A stretch of DNA of 64,000 nt, taken from an uncultured delta proteobacterium. GTDB taxonomy: Bacteria; Myxococcota_A; Polyangia; Polyangiales; Polyangiaceae. Positions 1 through 9,934 of the stretch are shown here, piece after piece. Within the stretch, counting starts at the first letter, position 1, and the number at the start of each line of letters is the position of its first letter. The position numbers and the translations under genes are program-made. The DNA is taken from assembly GCA_963806225.1 (NCBI GenBank), contig CAWDXG010000003.1, positions 96,001 to 160,000 of the forward strand. Direction: 5' to 3'. The notes below the pieces were generated by a model, which searched no databases, was not told the origin of the DNA, and worked only from the letters and a program-made list of their open reading frames with translations.

Positions 1-480
1 CATCAGATCGATGACGATGCGGTCGTCGGCCGCTTCGACGAGCACTGGCGGGCGCTTGGGCATGTAGGCGGCGAGGTTGCCGGGCTTGCTCAGATCCAGG
101 GCGCCCGACTTGAGCAACGCGGCGATCGGGGACTCGGCCTTGTCGTCCAGCACCTTCAGCGCCACATCCGCGAGGCGCACCTCGAAGCGCAGCTCCTCGT
201 CGGAAAGCCGCACGCGATCGACATAGATGGTCGCCGAAGCCCGCAGCGCAGTGCCCATGGCGTCCACCGTGGCGGCGATGCGGATCCCGGGCGGGACCGC
301 CTCGATCTGGACATCTTTCGGGGCCTTCCGGCTCGCCGGCTGCGATGCGAGCCAGCGCAGGGCGTCGAGCGGCAGCCCAACCCTGAGCGCCACCGCGTTG
401 CGGACCGCGCGGAGCAATTCCGCGGGGTGCTGTTTGAGGTAGGCCCCCGCCGCTTCGATGATCGCCTTCTTGTCGGGCAT
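1..480 (-). CDS. Hypothetical protein, runs off the left edge of the window
   Basis: ATG at 480 opens MPDKKAIIEAAGAYLKQHPAELLRAVRNAVALRVGLPLDALRWL... with no stop to position 1; GC3-rich codons; TATACT hexamer 9 nt upstream. Absent from the ORF track because it is truncated. Confidence 0.75.
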   Translation of the reverse strand, partial: MPDKKAIIEAAGAYLKQHPAELLRAVRNAVALRVGLPLDALRWLASQPASRKAPKDVQIEAVPPGIRIAATVDAMGTALRASATIYVDRVRLSDEELRFEVRLADVALKVLDDKAESPIAALLKSGALDLSKPGNLAAYMPKRPPVLVEAADDRIVIDLM

Positions 481-617
481 GGTCGCGGGAGTATAAGCCA
501 CAGGTGGCGTTCCGCGCGCGAGCGAATTCTCGCCCGGTCGCCGAGAGCAGCCGGAAGTCCCCGGCAACCCGGCCTCCCCCCGCCGGGCTTTGTCAGCTGA
601 GCGAGGTAGTGTTCAAC

Positions 618-1950
618 ATGTTCCGTCGATCTGAAATCTCCGCCAAGGAAGTCCACGACACCCTGCGCCAGCACATGCTGGTCGACGGCTACCCGATCGT
701 CGTGGACATGGAGAACAGTCAACGCTCCTGGGTCCGCGATCTCGTCACCGGCAGGGATTACCTCGATTTCTTCAGCTTCTTCGCGTCCAATCCGATCGGC
801 TTCAACCACCCGAGCATGCTGGACGAGGACACGCAGCAGCGTCTCGCCCGGGTCGGCACGACGAAGGTATCGAATTCCGACTACTACACCACTTTCATGG
901 CCGAGTTCGTCGCCACGCTGGGGCGCACGGCCGCGCCGAAGAGCATGCCGCACTTCTTCTTCGTCGACGGCGGCGCGCTGGCGGTCGAAAACGCCATGAA
1001 GGTTGCGTTCGACTGGAAGGTGCGTCGGAACCTCGCCGCGGGCAAAGGCGAGAAGGGGAAGAAGATCCTGCACCTCCGCCACGCCTTCCACGGCCGCAGC
1101 GGCTACACGATGAGCGTTACCAATACCGATCCGGTCAAGACGCGCTACTTCCCGCAGTTCGACTGGCCGCGCATCCCGTCGCCGGCCATCCGCTTCCCGC
1201 TCGAAGGCGAGAACCTGGCGCAGGCGATCGAGCTGGAACGGGAGTCCATCGCAGCGGCCGACGCGTGCCTTCGACCAGGATCCCGACGACATCGCGGCGA
1301 TCCTGGTCGAGCCGATCCAGGGCGAAGGCGGCGACAACCACTTCCGCGCGGAGTATCTCCAGGCGCTACGGCGCCTGGCCGACGAACGGGACGCGCTCTT
1401 GATCTTCGACGAGGTGCAGACGGGGCTCGGGCTCACCGGCAGCTGGTGGGTCTACGAGCAGCTGGGCGTCGAACCCGACATCCTCTGCTTCGCCAAGAAG
1501 ATGCAGGTGGGCGGCCTGTTCGCCGGCCCCCGCATCGACGAGGTCGCGGACAACGTCTTCAAGGTGCCGAGCCGCATCAACAGCACCTGGGGCGCGTCGC
1601 TGAGCGACATGGTGCGCTGCACCCACATCCTCGAGATCATCGTGAACGAGAATCTGCTCGACAACGCGCGCGATCGCGGCGCAGAGCTGCTCGCCGGGCT
1701 CGGACGCATCCGGGGACGCTACGACGGCGTCGTCGACAACCCGCGCGGACGCGGCCTGATGTGCGCCATCGACGTGCCGAGCACGGAGCTGCGCAACAAG
1801 GTGGTACGCCGCTGCTTCGAGGACGGCATGATCGTCCTGCCGTGCGGCGATCGCTCGGTGCGTTTCAGGCCGACGCTGACCGTTACCAGCGACGCCATCG
1901 CCGAAGGCGTGGAACGCCTCGACAAGGCGATCGGCGAGGTCGTCGGCTAG
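618..1950 (+). CDS. lat: L-lysine 6-transaminase (class III PLP aminotransferase), +1 frameshift near 1262
   Basis: YLDFFSFFASNPIGFNHP, GGALAVENAMKVAFDWK and HAFHGRSGY in frame 1; ILVEPIQGEGGDNHF, FDEVQTG and INSTWG in frame 2. Removing one base at ~1262 joins them. Confidence 0.88.
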
Positions 1951-1968
1951 CCCGCGCGCGCTTCCGCT

Positions 1969-2457
1969 CTAGTCATCATCCTTCTTCGCCGACTTCGACG
2001 GCAGCGCCTGCGGCTTGTCCGTCGCAGCGCCCTCGTCGAGCGCCTCGCGCTTGACGCCGCGCGTGCGGAGTTCCTTGTCCACGCGCTCGCCCAGGGTGTT
2101 GGCCAGACGCGCCAGCAGATCGGGGACCTCGTCGAGCAAGCGCGCCCAGGTGTTGCTCGAGTCGGCGTCCACGGTGAGCACGTGCGCGTGCCCGTCCTTG
2201 CCGACCGCGATGGCCGCGACCGGATCGAGCTCGATCGCGCCGCCCGCGCCGTCAACGCCGCTGTCGCCGCCCACCTTGGAGCCGTGCGCGCCGGCCTGGC
2301 CGCTGGCCGCACCGAACGCGAGCTTGAGCCGGTGCACCGGGATGACCGTGGCGTCGCCCGCCTGCTGCGCTTCGCCGATGATGGTTTCGCTGCGCGAGAC
2401 CCCGTGGATCCCGTCGAGTAGGTTGTTCACGATGTCGGTGATTTTCGCGTCGCTCAT
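1969..2457 (-). CDS. GerW/YtfJ-family protein
   Basis: SETIIGEAQQAGDATVIPVHRLKLAFGAASG...GAGGAIELDPVAAIAVG pattern typical of YtfJ/GerW. Confidence 0.7.
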   Translation of the reverse strand: MSDAKITDIVNNLLDGIHGVSRSETIIGEAQQAGDATVIPVHRLKLAFGAASGQAGAHGSKVGGDSGVDGAGGAIELDPVAAIAVGKDGHAHVLTVDADSSNTWARLLDEVPDLLARLANTLGERVDKELRTRGVKREALDEGAATDKPQALPSKSAKKDDD

Positions 2458-3116
2458 GTCGACTCCGTCGCTCCCCTCGCGGGCGGCTTCCGCCTACGGA
2501 TCCTCAGGTTGGTTACCACGTAGATCGCACTGTCGAGCACAAAAAGCCCGGGCCTGATGCGGATCTTCCCGACCAGCGCGACCTGTGCCTGATCCAGCGA
2601 CTCCCAGGATGGCGTCTGCCGGATAACGATGGGCGGCGGCAGCACGCCGCTGACCATGTAGACCGCACCCAGCACCTTGCCGGTGAGGGCCACGTCCTCG
2701 AAGGAGTACTCGAGATCGACTTCCAGGAGCTCCACCCACACGCGCCGCCGCTCGCGGACGATGAACAGCGCCAGATCCAGCGGGTCGAACCAGCGCGAGA
2801 GCCGCGCATAGCCCCCTCGCACGCTCTTCACGGCTCCGCGTTCCTGCTCCGGTTCCTCTTCCTTCGTCTTCAAGAGCTCTAGAAGCGGCCGTTGCCAGAT
2901 CTGCTTTCCAAACAGGTGCAGCTGCGCCGTCGGCGTCACGCCCTGCGCCCCCAGCCCGCTCAGCGCCAGCGGCCCGAGCTGTCCGCCGCCCGCGAGCATC
3001 CAGCTCCCCGACGGATCGCCGCGCCCCTGCAGGCTCAGGTGCAGGCGCAACGGCAAGAGCACCAGCACAACGCCGATCAACAGAACGGCGAGCGCGATCC
3101 ACGCGAGCCAGGTCAA
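2454..3116 (-). CDS. DUF2953/YtfI-like membrane-anchored protein
   Basis: N-terminal TM helix; YSFEDVALTGKVLG resembles the DUF2953 D-x-A-x-T-G motif; overlaps the downstream GerW-like gene by 4 nt. Confidence 0.6.
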   Translation of the reverse strand: MTWLAWIALAVLLIGVVLVLLPLRLHLSLQGRGDPSGSWMLAGGGQLGPLALSGLGAQGVTPTAQLHLFGKQIWQRPLLELLKTKEEEPEQERGAVKSVRGGYARLSRWFDPLDLALFIVRERRRVWVELLEVDLEYSFEDVALTGKVLGAVYMVSGVLPPPIVIRQTPSWESLDQAQVALVGKIRIRPGLFVLDSAIYVVTNLRIRRRKPPARGATEST

Positions 3117-3137
3117 GCGGTGAGCCCATCCGGGGGC

Positions 3138-3554
3138 TTACTTCCTGCCCTTGTTGTCGCCTGTACCGAGCGCTGGCGCCTTCGTCCCTGCGAGACGCGC
3201 TTTGTCCTCCCCCTCGGGCAGGATCTCGATGCCGCGGCGCATCACCGCGGTACGCCCGCGCTTGAGCGCCAGCATGTGCGGCACACCGTCTTCGCCGACC
3301 ACGACGAAGGCCTTCGGCTCGACCACCAGAGCACCGCCGGCGCCGCCGCCCTCGCCGCCAGCGTCGCCACTCGACTTCTCGCTCTGCCGCTTGCCGCCCA
3401 TGCTCCCGACCGCGGTTCCGAAGCCGATACTGACGCGGCTGAGCGGCACGACCTTGGCCTTGCCCGCGTCGCGCACGGTCCCCACCACCGTCTCGCTCTT
3501 CGAGACCTTGTTGAGCTCGGCCAGAAGACCCTTCACCAGCTTGTTCAGTTCCAT
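3138..3554 (-). CDS. GerW/YtfJ-family protein (second paralog)
   Basis: SETVVGTVRDAGKAKVVPLSRVSIGFGTA...GGGAGGALVVEPKAFVVV. Confidence 0.72.
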   Translation of the reverse strand: MELNKLVKGLLAELNKVSKSETVVGTVRDAGKAKVVPLSRVSIGFGTAVGSMGGKRQSEKSSGDAGGEGGGAGGALVVEPKAFVVVGEDGVPHMLALKRGRTAVMRRGIEILPEGEDKARLAGTKAPALGTGDNKGRK

Positions 3555-3671
3555 CTAGGGCATCCCCTCGGTTGGTCGGATATCGGCGGCGGGGACGCGC
3601 GGTCCCGTTCCGGCAATAGGATCACGGACAACGAAGCCCGTCAAAGGGCGCGCCGGCCACTGCTCGCCTGC

Positions 3672-4433
3672 TCAGCCGTTGCGGATGGCAGCTACGGCAG
3701 CCGGCAACACCGTGGCCACGTCCTCATCGATGCGCAACGTCGCCAGCCGGTCGTGCGGGGTCTGGCCGCGATTGACGATCACATAGGGCGCGCCGCGCCG
3801 CGCGCCGAACAGCGGGATGTCTGCCGCAGGTGTCACGACCAGTGACGAGCCCAGCGCCAGCACCAGGTCCGCCTGCTCGCTGGCCTGCCGGGCGCGCTCC
3901 AGAGCGCCCATGTCCAGCATCTGCCCGAACATCACGACAGCGGGCTTCATCAGCCCGCCGCATGCGGGGCAGGTCGGCGGGCGGCGCGTGCTCTCGAACT
4001 CGCGCATGCAGCGCCCGGGCTCCTCCCGTCGGCCGCACCCGATGCACTCCACTTCACTGTTCGTGCCGTGGAGCTCGATCAGCCGCTCACGCGACAGTCC
4101 CGCGGCCTGGTGCAATCCGTCCACGTTCTGCGTAACGACCAGACCCACCCGGCCCAGCTGTTCGAGCTCGGCGACGGCCTGGTGCGCGGCGCCCGGCCGC
4201 GCATCGCGGAACACCGCGTAGCCTTCCAGCTTGAAGTCCCAGTATTCGATGCGTGCTGCTTCGCTGGCGACAAAGTCCTGGTAGTAGACCGGCTGGCGCG
4301 TCTTCCACACTCCCTCGGGCCCGCGGAAGTCCGGAATGCCGCTGCCAGTCGAGACCCCGGCGCCTGTAAAGACCAGCGCACGGCGACAACTGGACAGTAG
4401 CTCGCACAGCTTCTGCACGGATCCATCCGACAT
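3672..4433 (-). CDS. cobB: Sir2-family NAD-dependent protein deacylase
   Basis: TGAGVSTGSGIPDFRG, TQNVDGLHQAAG, ELHG, two CxxC zinc pairs, GSSLVVTPAA. Confidence 0.93.
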   Translation of the reverse strand: MSDGSVQKLCELLSSCRRALVFTGAGVSTGSGIPDFRGPEGVWKTRQPVYYQDFVASEAARIEYWDFKLEGYAVFRDARPGAAHQAVAELEQLGRVGLVVTQNVDGLHQAAGLSRERLIELHGTNSEVECIGCGRREEPGRCMREFESTRRPPTCPACGGLMKPAVVMFGQMLDMGALERARQASEQADLVLALGSSLVVTPAADIPLFGARRGAPYVIVNRGQTPHDRLATLRIDEDVATVLPAAVAAIRNG

Positions 4434-4484
4434 CTCCGCCGCAAGCTAGATCGGTCGCGCCGGTCCCGCCACGGATCTGTCAGG

Positions 4485-5822
4485 ATGGGGCGCCCCATGC
4501 TCTCCGCCCCCCGTCGGAAGTGCATCCTCGCGCTGGCGCTGCCGATCATCGGCGGGATGGTGTCGCAGAACGTCCTGAACCTGGTCGACACGCTGATGGT
4601 CGGCTCGCTGGGGAACGCCGCGCTGGCAGCGGTCGGCATCGCGAGCTTCGCGAACTTCATGTGTACGGCGTTCATCACCGGCCTCGGCGCAGGCGTGCAG
4701 GCCATGGCCTCGCGGCGTTTCGGTGAAGGACAGCACGGCGCCAGCGCAGTGCCGCTCAACGGCGGGCTGGTGCTCGCGATCGTGCTGGGTCTGCCGCTGG
4801 GCGTGGCGTTGTTCGCTCTGGCACCAACGCTGATGCCGCTGCTCGTGCACCAGAAGCCGGTCGTAGCCCTCGCCGTGCCGTATCTGCAGGCGCGACTGGT
4901 CGCGATGGTGGCCATCGGGATGAACTTCGCGTTCCGCGGCTATTGGAACGGCGTCAACCGATCGGCGCTCTACTTCCGCACGCTCATCGTCATGCACGTG
5001 AGCAATATCGCGCTCAACTGGGTGTTCATCTACGGCAAGCTCGGCGCGCCAGCGCTCGGCAGCACGGGCGCCGGCGTCGCCAGCGCGATGGCGACCTGGA
5101 TCGGCACGCTGACGTACATGGCCCTCGCGTTCAGGCACGCGCGCGCGGCCGGCTTCCTGCGCAGATTGCCGGACCGCCGCAGCATGCTCACCACGCTGCG
5201 GTTGGCCGTCCCTGCAGGGCTCCAGCAGCTGTTCTTCGCGGCCGGCATGACCGCCTTCTTCGCCCTCATCGGCCGGGTCGGCACGGCCGAGCTCGCCGCC
5301 TCCAACGTGCTGCTCAATCTGCTGCTGGTCGCCCTGCTGCCCGCGATGGGTTTCGGTCTGGCGTCGGCTTCGCTGGTCGGACAGGCGCTGGGAAGCGGTG
5401 ATGCCGACGACGCGCGACGCTGGGCGTGGGATGTGGTGAAGCTGGCCGTGGCGGTGGTCGCGCTGATCTCCCTTCCGGCTCTCGCGATGCCGGACCTGTT
5501 CCTCTCCGCCTTCCTGCACGACGCGGCCACCCGGCACATGGCGGACTGGCCGCTCCGGATCATCGCGCTGGGCATGCCGGTGGACGCAGTCGGCATCATC
5601 CTGATGCAGAGCCTGATGGGAGCCGGCGACACGCGGAGCGTGCTGTACGTGTCGGTCGCACTGCAATGGCTGCTCGAGCTCCCCGCGCTGTACCTGGTCG
5701 GTCCCGTGCTGGGCGGCGGGCTCGTCGCCATCTGGCTCGTCCAGCTCGGCTACCGGCTGTCGAGCGCAGGTGTGTTCGCCGCGCTGTGGCACCGCGGTCG
5801 CTGGCGCACGATCCAGGTCTGA
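4485..5822 (+). CDS. MATE-family efflux transporter
   Basis: ~12 hydrophobic helices; LVDTLMVGSLGNAALAAVG and GAPALGSTGAGVAS motifs. Start may be ATG 4497. Confidence 0.9.
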   Translation: MGRPMLSAPRRKCILALALPIIGGMVSQNVLNLVDTLMVGSLGNAALAAVGIASFANFMCTAFITGLGAGVQAMASRRFGEGQHGASAVPLNGGLVLAIVLGLPLGVALFALAPTLMPLLVHQKPVVALAVPYLQARLVAMVAIGMNFAFRGYWNGVNRSALYFRTLIVMHVSNIALNWVFIYGKLGAPALGSTGAGVASAMATWIGTLTYMALAFRHARAAGFLRRLPDRRSMLTTLRLAVPAGLQQLFFAAGMTAFFALIGRVGTAELAASNVLLNLLLVALLPAMGFGLASASLVGQALGSGDADDARRWAWDVVKLAVAVVALISLPALAMPDLFLSAFLHDAATRHMADWPLRIIALGMPVDAVGIILMQSLMGAGDTRSVLYVSVALQWLLELPALYLVGPVLGGGLVAIWLVQLGYRLSSAGVFAALWHRGRWRTIQV

Positions 5823-5898
5823 TCCCGCGGAAGATCCGCCCCGGCACGCCCCGACCCACCGGCCGCTCCGCCCGGTGCCTGACCCAGGTCATCGCTAT

Positions 5899-5919
5899 TG
5901 ATATTGACTTTCAATTTCA
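5899..5919. promoter_or_regulatory. Fur-box-like inverted repeat
   Basis: TGATATTGA-CTT-TCAATTTCA (9-3-9 inverted repeat, 1 mismatch); GATATTGACTTTCAATTTC matches 13/19 of GATAATGATAATCATTATC; AT-rich island ~50 nt before a porin-like gene. Confidence 0.55.
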
Positions 5920-5970
5920 TGAAGACCATGTTCCTCGCGGTGGCCGGGGCAGATCCGGCCGGTACCCTTC

Positions 5971-6801
5971 ATGCAGACTCCCGATCCCACCTGTCTTCGC
6001 GCACTCCCGACCCGTCTGGCCGCGGCGACCGCGCTCGTCCTCGCGTTCCTGCTGCCGGGCCGTGCCCACGCAACCCAGCGTCACTTCGCCTACACGTACG
6101 AGTCTGGAGTCCTCAATCCTGGCGACGCGGAGCTGGAACCGTGGACGACGTTCCGGCACGGGCGCAGCGGCTACTACTCGGCGTTCGACCAGCGCCTCGA
6201 GTTCGAGATGGGGCTGGCGAAGAACCTCCAGACCTCGCTCTACTGGAACTTCTCGTCGGTCACCGAGGATACCGCCGGCGTGCGCAGCACGGGCTTCGAG
6301 GGACAGGGCGTTTCGTCCGAGTGGAAGTACAAGCTGAGCGACCCGATGGCCGACGCAGTCGGGTCGGCTGTCTACCTCGAGGGGACCGCGGGCACGAACA
6401 GCGCCGAAGTCGAAGCCAAGCTGATCCTCGACAAGCGTGCGGGGCCGTGGCTCGTCGCTCTCAACCTGGTCGGCGACCACGAGTGGAAGTGGACCGGGCA
6501 CGGCAAGACGATCCGCGAGGCCGGCTTCGAACTCGACCTGGGCGCCGGCTATCAGGTCACCGATGCATTCTTCGCAGGCATCGAGGCGCGCGGCGTAGGC
6601 GAGTTCGAGGACGCCGACGAGCTCGAGAGCGCCACGGTCTTTGCCGGCCCCACCCTCGGCGTCGCGCGTGACAGCTGGTGGTTCAGCCTGAGCTTCACGC
6701 CGCAGCTCGGCGCGTTGAAAGGCGCCACGCGCGGCAGCCACCTGGATCTCGACCACCAGGAGCGCGTACAAGCGCGCGTCGTCATGGGTTTCCACCTCTG
6801 A
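5971..6801 (+). CDS. Putative outer-membrane beta-barrel/porin (DUF6662-like)
   Basis: Signal peptide ending AHA; FAYTYES...ELEPW...RLEFEMGL...SSEWKYKLSDP...EVEAKLILDK; C-terminal GFHL beta-signal. Confidence 0.65.
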   Translation: MQTPDPTCLRALPTRLAAATALVLAFLLPGRAHATQRHFAYTYESGVLNPGDAELEPWTTFRHGRSGYYSAFDQRLEFEMGLAKNLQTSLYWNFSSVTEDTAGVRSTGFEGQGVSSEWKYKLSDPMADAVGSAVYLEGTAGTNSAEVEAKLILDKRAGPWLVALNLVGDHEWKWTGHGKTIREAGFELDLGAGYQVTDAFFAGIEARGVGEFEDADELESATVFAGPTLGVARDSWWFSLSFTPQLGALKGATRGSHLDLDHQERVQARVVMGFHL

Positions 6802-6808
6802 GCAGACC

Positions 6809-7171
6809 ATGTCCGATCGTCTCCGTTTCCTGCTTGCCGCCCTGTGCACCGCGATCATCGTCGCGGGCGGATCCGCATGCGCCGCCGCGCTGGCCGAGCC
6901 GACCCAGCGCGATGCGAGCTACGCCGCGCAACGCTGGCCCGGCACCACGCTTGCGGAGCTACAGCAGGGGCGCGCGTTGTTCGTCCAGACCTGCGCGGGC
7001 TGCCATGCGCTCAAGGACCCCACATCCCACTCGCCTTCCGAGTGGGAGGCGGAAGTCCAGCAGATGCGTGGCAAAAAGGGCGTAGCGCTCGACGATCACC
7101 AGGCCGAGCTGATCATCCGCTACCTCTCCACGGTCGGCTCGAGGCACGACGGACAGGTCGCCGAGCGCTAG
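6809..7171 (+). CDS. Small exported monoheme c-type cytochrome
   Basis: Signal peptide (possible lipobox GSAC); GRALFVQTCAGCH heme motif; downstream Met as candidate distal ligand. Confidence 0.8.
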   Translation: MSDRLRFLLAALCTAIIVAGGSACAAALAEPTQRDASYAAQRWPGTTLAELQQGRALFVQTCAGCHALKDPTSHSPSEWEAEVQQMRGKKGVALDDHQAELIIRYLSTVGSRHDGQVAER

Positions 7172-7223
7172 CCTGCAGCGCCGGCTGCGCACCGCTTTCG
7201 GCAAGTGCGGTTGAAAACGGAGG

Positions 7224-8219
7224 CTAGACCGTCAAGACCGCCGCGCCACTGAAGCGACCGTGCCTCAGGTCGTCGAGAGCGCGGTTGGCATCGGGCAGCT
7301 GGTAGGAGTGGACTTCGGTCTCGACCGGAATTCGCGGCGCCATCTCCAGGAACTCCTCGCCGTCGAGCCGCGTGAGGTTGGCGACGGAACGCAGGATGCG
7401 TTCGCCCCACAGCACGTCGTACGGGATCGACGGGATGTCGCTCATGTGGATGCCGGCACAGACCACGCTGCCACCCTTGGCGACGGCCTTGAGCGCGCGC
7501 GGCACCAGCGTGCCGGCCGGAGCGAAGATGATGGCCGCGTCGAGCTCCTCGGGGGGAGCCTCGTCGGAACCGCCCGCCCACTCCGCGCCCAGCCGCCGCG
7601 CGAACTCCTGCCCTGCGGCGTCGCCGGGACGCGTGAAGGCGAACACACGCCGCCCTTCGTGGCGGGCGACCTGCGAGACGATGTGGGCGGACGCGCCGAA
7701 GCCGTACAGACCGAGGCGCTCCGCGCCGTCGGTCATCACGAGCGATCGATAGCCGATGAGTCCGGCGCACAGCAGCGGCGCCACCTGCAGATCGGGATAG
7801 GAGCCCGGCAGCGGCAGCGCGAAGCGCGAATCGACCAACGTGTACTCGGCGTAGCCGCCGTCGACCTGGTAGCCGGTGAAGCGCGCGTCGTCGCAGAGGT
7901 TCTCCCGCTCGCTCAGACAATAGCGGCAGCTGCCGCATGTGGTGCCGAGCCATGGAACACCGATGCGCTGTCCCTCGGTGTAGCCGTCGACACCGTCACC
8001 TGAGACCGCAACCGTACCGACGATCTGGTGACCGAGCACCAGCGGCAGCTTGGCCTCCGACAGCTCGCCGTCCAGAACGTGCAGGTCCGTGCGGCACACG
8101 CCGCAGCTGCGCACGCGAAGGAGCAATTGCCCGGGGCCCGGAACGGGGATCGGCAACTCCGTCTCGCGAAGTGGCTCGCCTGGTGCCTCGAGCACCATCG
8201 CGCGCATCGTTCCAGCCAA
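7224..8219 (-). CDS. Zinc-dependent alcohol dehydrogenase family protein
   Basis: CGVCRTDLH, GHQIVG, CGSCRYCLSERENLC, GLYGFGASAH; GGAGG SD before the TTG start. Confidence 0.92.
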   Translation of the reverse strand: MAGTMRAMVLEAPGEPLRETELPIPVPGPGQLLLRVRSCGVCRTDLHVLDGELSEAKLPLVLGHQIVGTVAVSGDGVDGYTEGQRIGVPWLGTTCGSCRYCLSERENLCDDARFTGYQVDGGYAEYTLVDSRFALPLPGSYPDLQVAPLLCAGLIGYRSLVMTDGAERLGLYGFGASAHIVSQVARHEGRRVFAFTRPGDAAGQEFARRLGAEWAGGSDEAPPEELDAAIIFAPAGTLVPRALKAVAKGGSVVCAGIHMSDIPSIPYDVLWGERILRSVANLTRLDGEEFLEMAPRIPVETEVHSYQLPDANRALDDLRHGRFSGAAVLTV

Positions 8220-8290
8220 TCCCTCCTCCTCTCCGCCGAGACTACTGCATCCAGCGGAGCGAACGAAGCGGCTGTTTCATTCCTGGAGTC

Positions 8291-8322
8291 CGCCCCACCC
8301 GGACCGCGCTCCGGGCGGGGCG
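8291..8322 (-). terminator. GC-rich hairpin downstream of the Kazal lipoprotein gene
   Basis: CGCCCCACCCGGA-6nt-TCCGGGCGGGGCG, 13-bp stem with one G-U pair on the minus strand. Confidence 0.45.
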
Positions 8323-8349
8323 TCCGGCGGCGCCGGGGGCGTGGGGCAG

Positions 8350-8985
8350 CTACGGGAACGCCGGGCACTGGCCACTGGAGTCGGGCTTCATGCACTGGTT
8401 CGTGCAACCTGGCGTGCCGCACGGATAGCAGCACTTCAGGCCGTTCTGGCAGTCGTTATCGCCCTGGCAGGCCGCCCCGGAGCCAGCGTCGCCGGCGTGC
8501 ATACACGCCGTGTCGTTGGTGTCGTCGGTACCGGCCGCGTGGGCCGCGCACGCGTTGCAGTAGAACTTTCCGTCGCAGCCGCACACGCCCGGGCAATCCG
8601 CGGTGCAGCCCTGGGGCTTCGCGCGGCAGTAGCCGCCGCCATCGTCACCACCGCAGTAGTTCTTCCCCGACGGCTGGGATGGCGCGTAGTCACACCATTC
8701 GTCCTGTCCGCAGCTGATACCGGCGATGGTGCCGCAGATCTTCGAGCCCGCGTCGCCGCCGCCCGAGCCGCCGGTGCCCGCCGTGCCGCCGCCGCCCGAG
8801 CCTGCCGCGCCGCTCCCTCCGGCCCCGTCTCCCGCTGTGCCAGCTGTGCCAGCCACGCCACCGCTGCCCGTGCCGGCCCCACCGTCGTGGCCCGCGCTCC
8901 CCCCGGTCGTCGAGCTGCCACCGCAGCCCACCGCTGCCGCCGCGCAGCAAACCAGCAAAGTCCAAGCTCGATACCTGTAGCTCAC
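8350..8985 (-). CDS. Cys-rich lipoprotein with Kazal-like domain and Gly/Thr linker
   Basis: GTG start with GGAGG SD; lipobox AVGC; GGxAG linker; CPGVCGCDGKFYCNAC Kazal-type pattern. Confidence 0.75.
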   Translation of the reverse strand: MSYRYRAWTLLVCCAAAAVGCGGSSTTGGSAGHDGGAGTGSGGVAGTAGTAGDGAGGSGAAGSGGGGTAGTGGSGGGDAGSKICGTIAGISCGQDEWCDYAPSQPSGKNYCGGDDGGGYCRAKPQGCTADCPGVCGCDGKFYCNACAAHAAGTDDTNDTACMHAGDAGSGAACQGDNDCQNGLKCCYPCGTPGCTNQCMKPDSSGQCPAFP

Positions 8986-9119
8986 GGTCCTGCCTCCATT
9001 CCGAACGCCCAGCATCCGGCTGCCCTGCCCAGCAAAGGACGGGCCAGTCTCGCGGTCGGCCACCCGGTTGAGCTGGGAACCGGCCGCAGATCGTGGTTTG
9101 TCGGGTAGACTGGCAAGGC

Positions 9120-9806
9120 ATGGCGCGCAGCATCGATCAGCTCGTAAACCAGCAGGTGCTCCGATGGGCCACCGAAGCCAAGGCCACCGCCGAGCGCGAG
9201 AGCGGGCGGGTCGAGCAGCAGCAACCCATGATCACCATCTCCCGCGAGTTCGGCGGGCGGGGAGCGGAGATCGGCAAGCTGGTCGCCGAACGCCTCGGCT
9301 TCCGCTTCTACGCACAGGAGATCGTCCACGAGATCGCGCGCCAGGCCCACGTCCGGCAGCAGCTGGTCGAATCACTGGACGAACGCCTGCAGGATCGCAT
9401 CGGACAGTGGGTTACCGAAATGATGCAGGGAGGCGTCTTCGCTCCCAGCGACTATCTGTGGAACCTGTCGCAGGTCGTCGTCACGCTCGGCCGCCACGGC
9501 CGTGGCGTCATCATCGGTCGGGGCGCGCATCTGATCCTCGCTCCGGAGAGCACGCTGCGCGTGCGCGCCTACGCGCCGCTGGAGACGCGCATCGAATATG
9601 TCATGGACCGCGAGGGCCTGGACCGGGCGGAAGCGCGCGCCTTCATGCTCAAGGTCGACGCCGAACGCATGGCCTTCTACCGCCAGCACTTCAACGTCGA
9701 AGTAGCCGACCGGCTACTTTACGACGTGATGCTCAACACCGGAACGCTGAGCGTCGACCTCTGCGCCGATCTGGTAGCGAAAGCCTTCCGCACGCGCTTC
9801 GGTTGA
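9120..9806 (+). CDS. Cytidylate kinase-like family protein
   Basis: ITISREFGGRGAEIGKLVAERLG, VIIGRGA, YDVMLNT. Confidence 0.85.
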   Translation: MARSIDQLVNQQVLRWATEAKATAERESGRVEQQQPMITISREFGGRGAEIGKLVAERLGFRFYAQEIVHEIARQAHVRQQLVESLDERLQDRIGQWVTEMMQGGVFAPSDYLWNLSQVVVTLGRHGRGVIIGRGAHLILAPESTLRVRAYAPLETRIEYVMDREGLDRAEARAFMLKVDAERMAFYRQHFNVEVADRLLYDVMLNTGTLSVDLCADLVAKAFRTRFG

Positions 9807-9934
9807 GCTCCCTCCCCGCCGTCGCAAAGGCTCCGGGCGACGGGGCTGCCCAGAGCCGCCAAAAGGTGCTACGTGCGTCGGCCGGCCGCGCCCCTCCCGG
9901 GCGCAGGCGTAGCCCGGAAACCCGCTGATTTGTC

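Noticed and set aside
3672..4433. Sir2 anti-phage defence effector
   Set aside because: Stand-alone classical CobB-type sirtuin with zinc-binding cysteines and no defence partner genes nearby.
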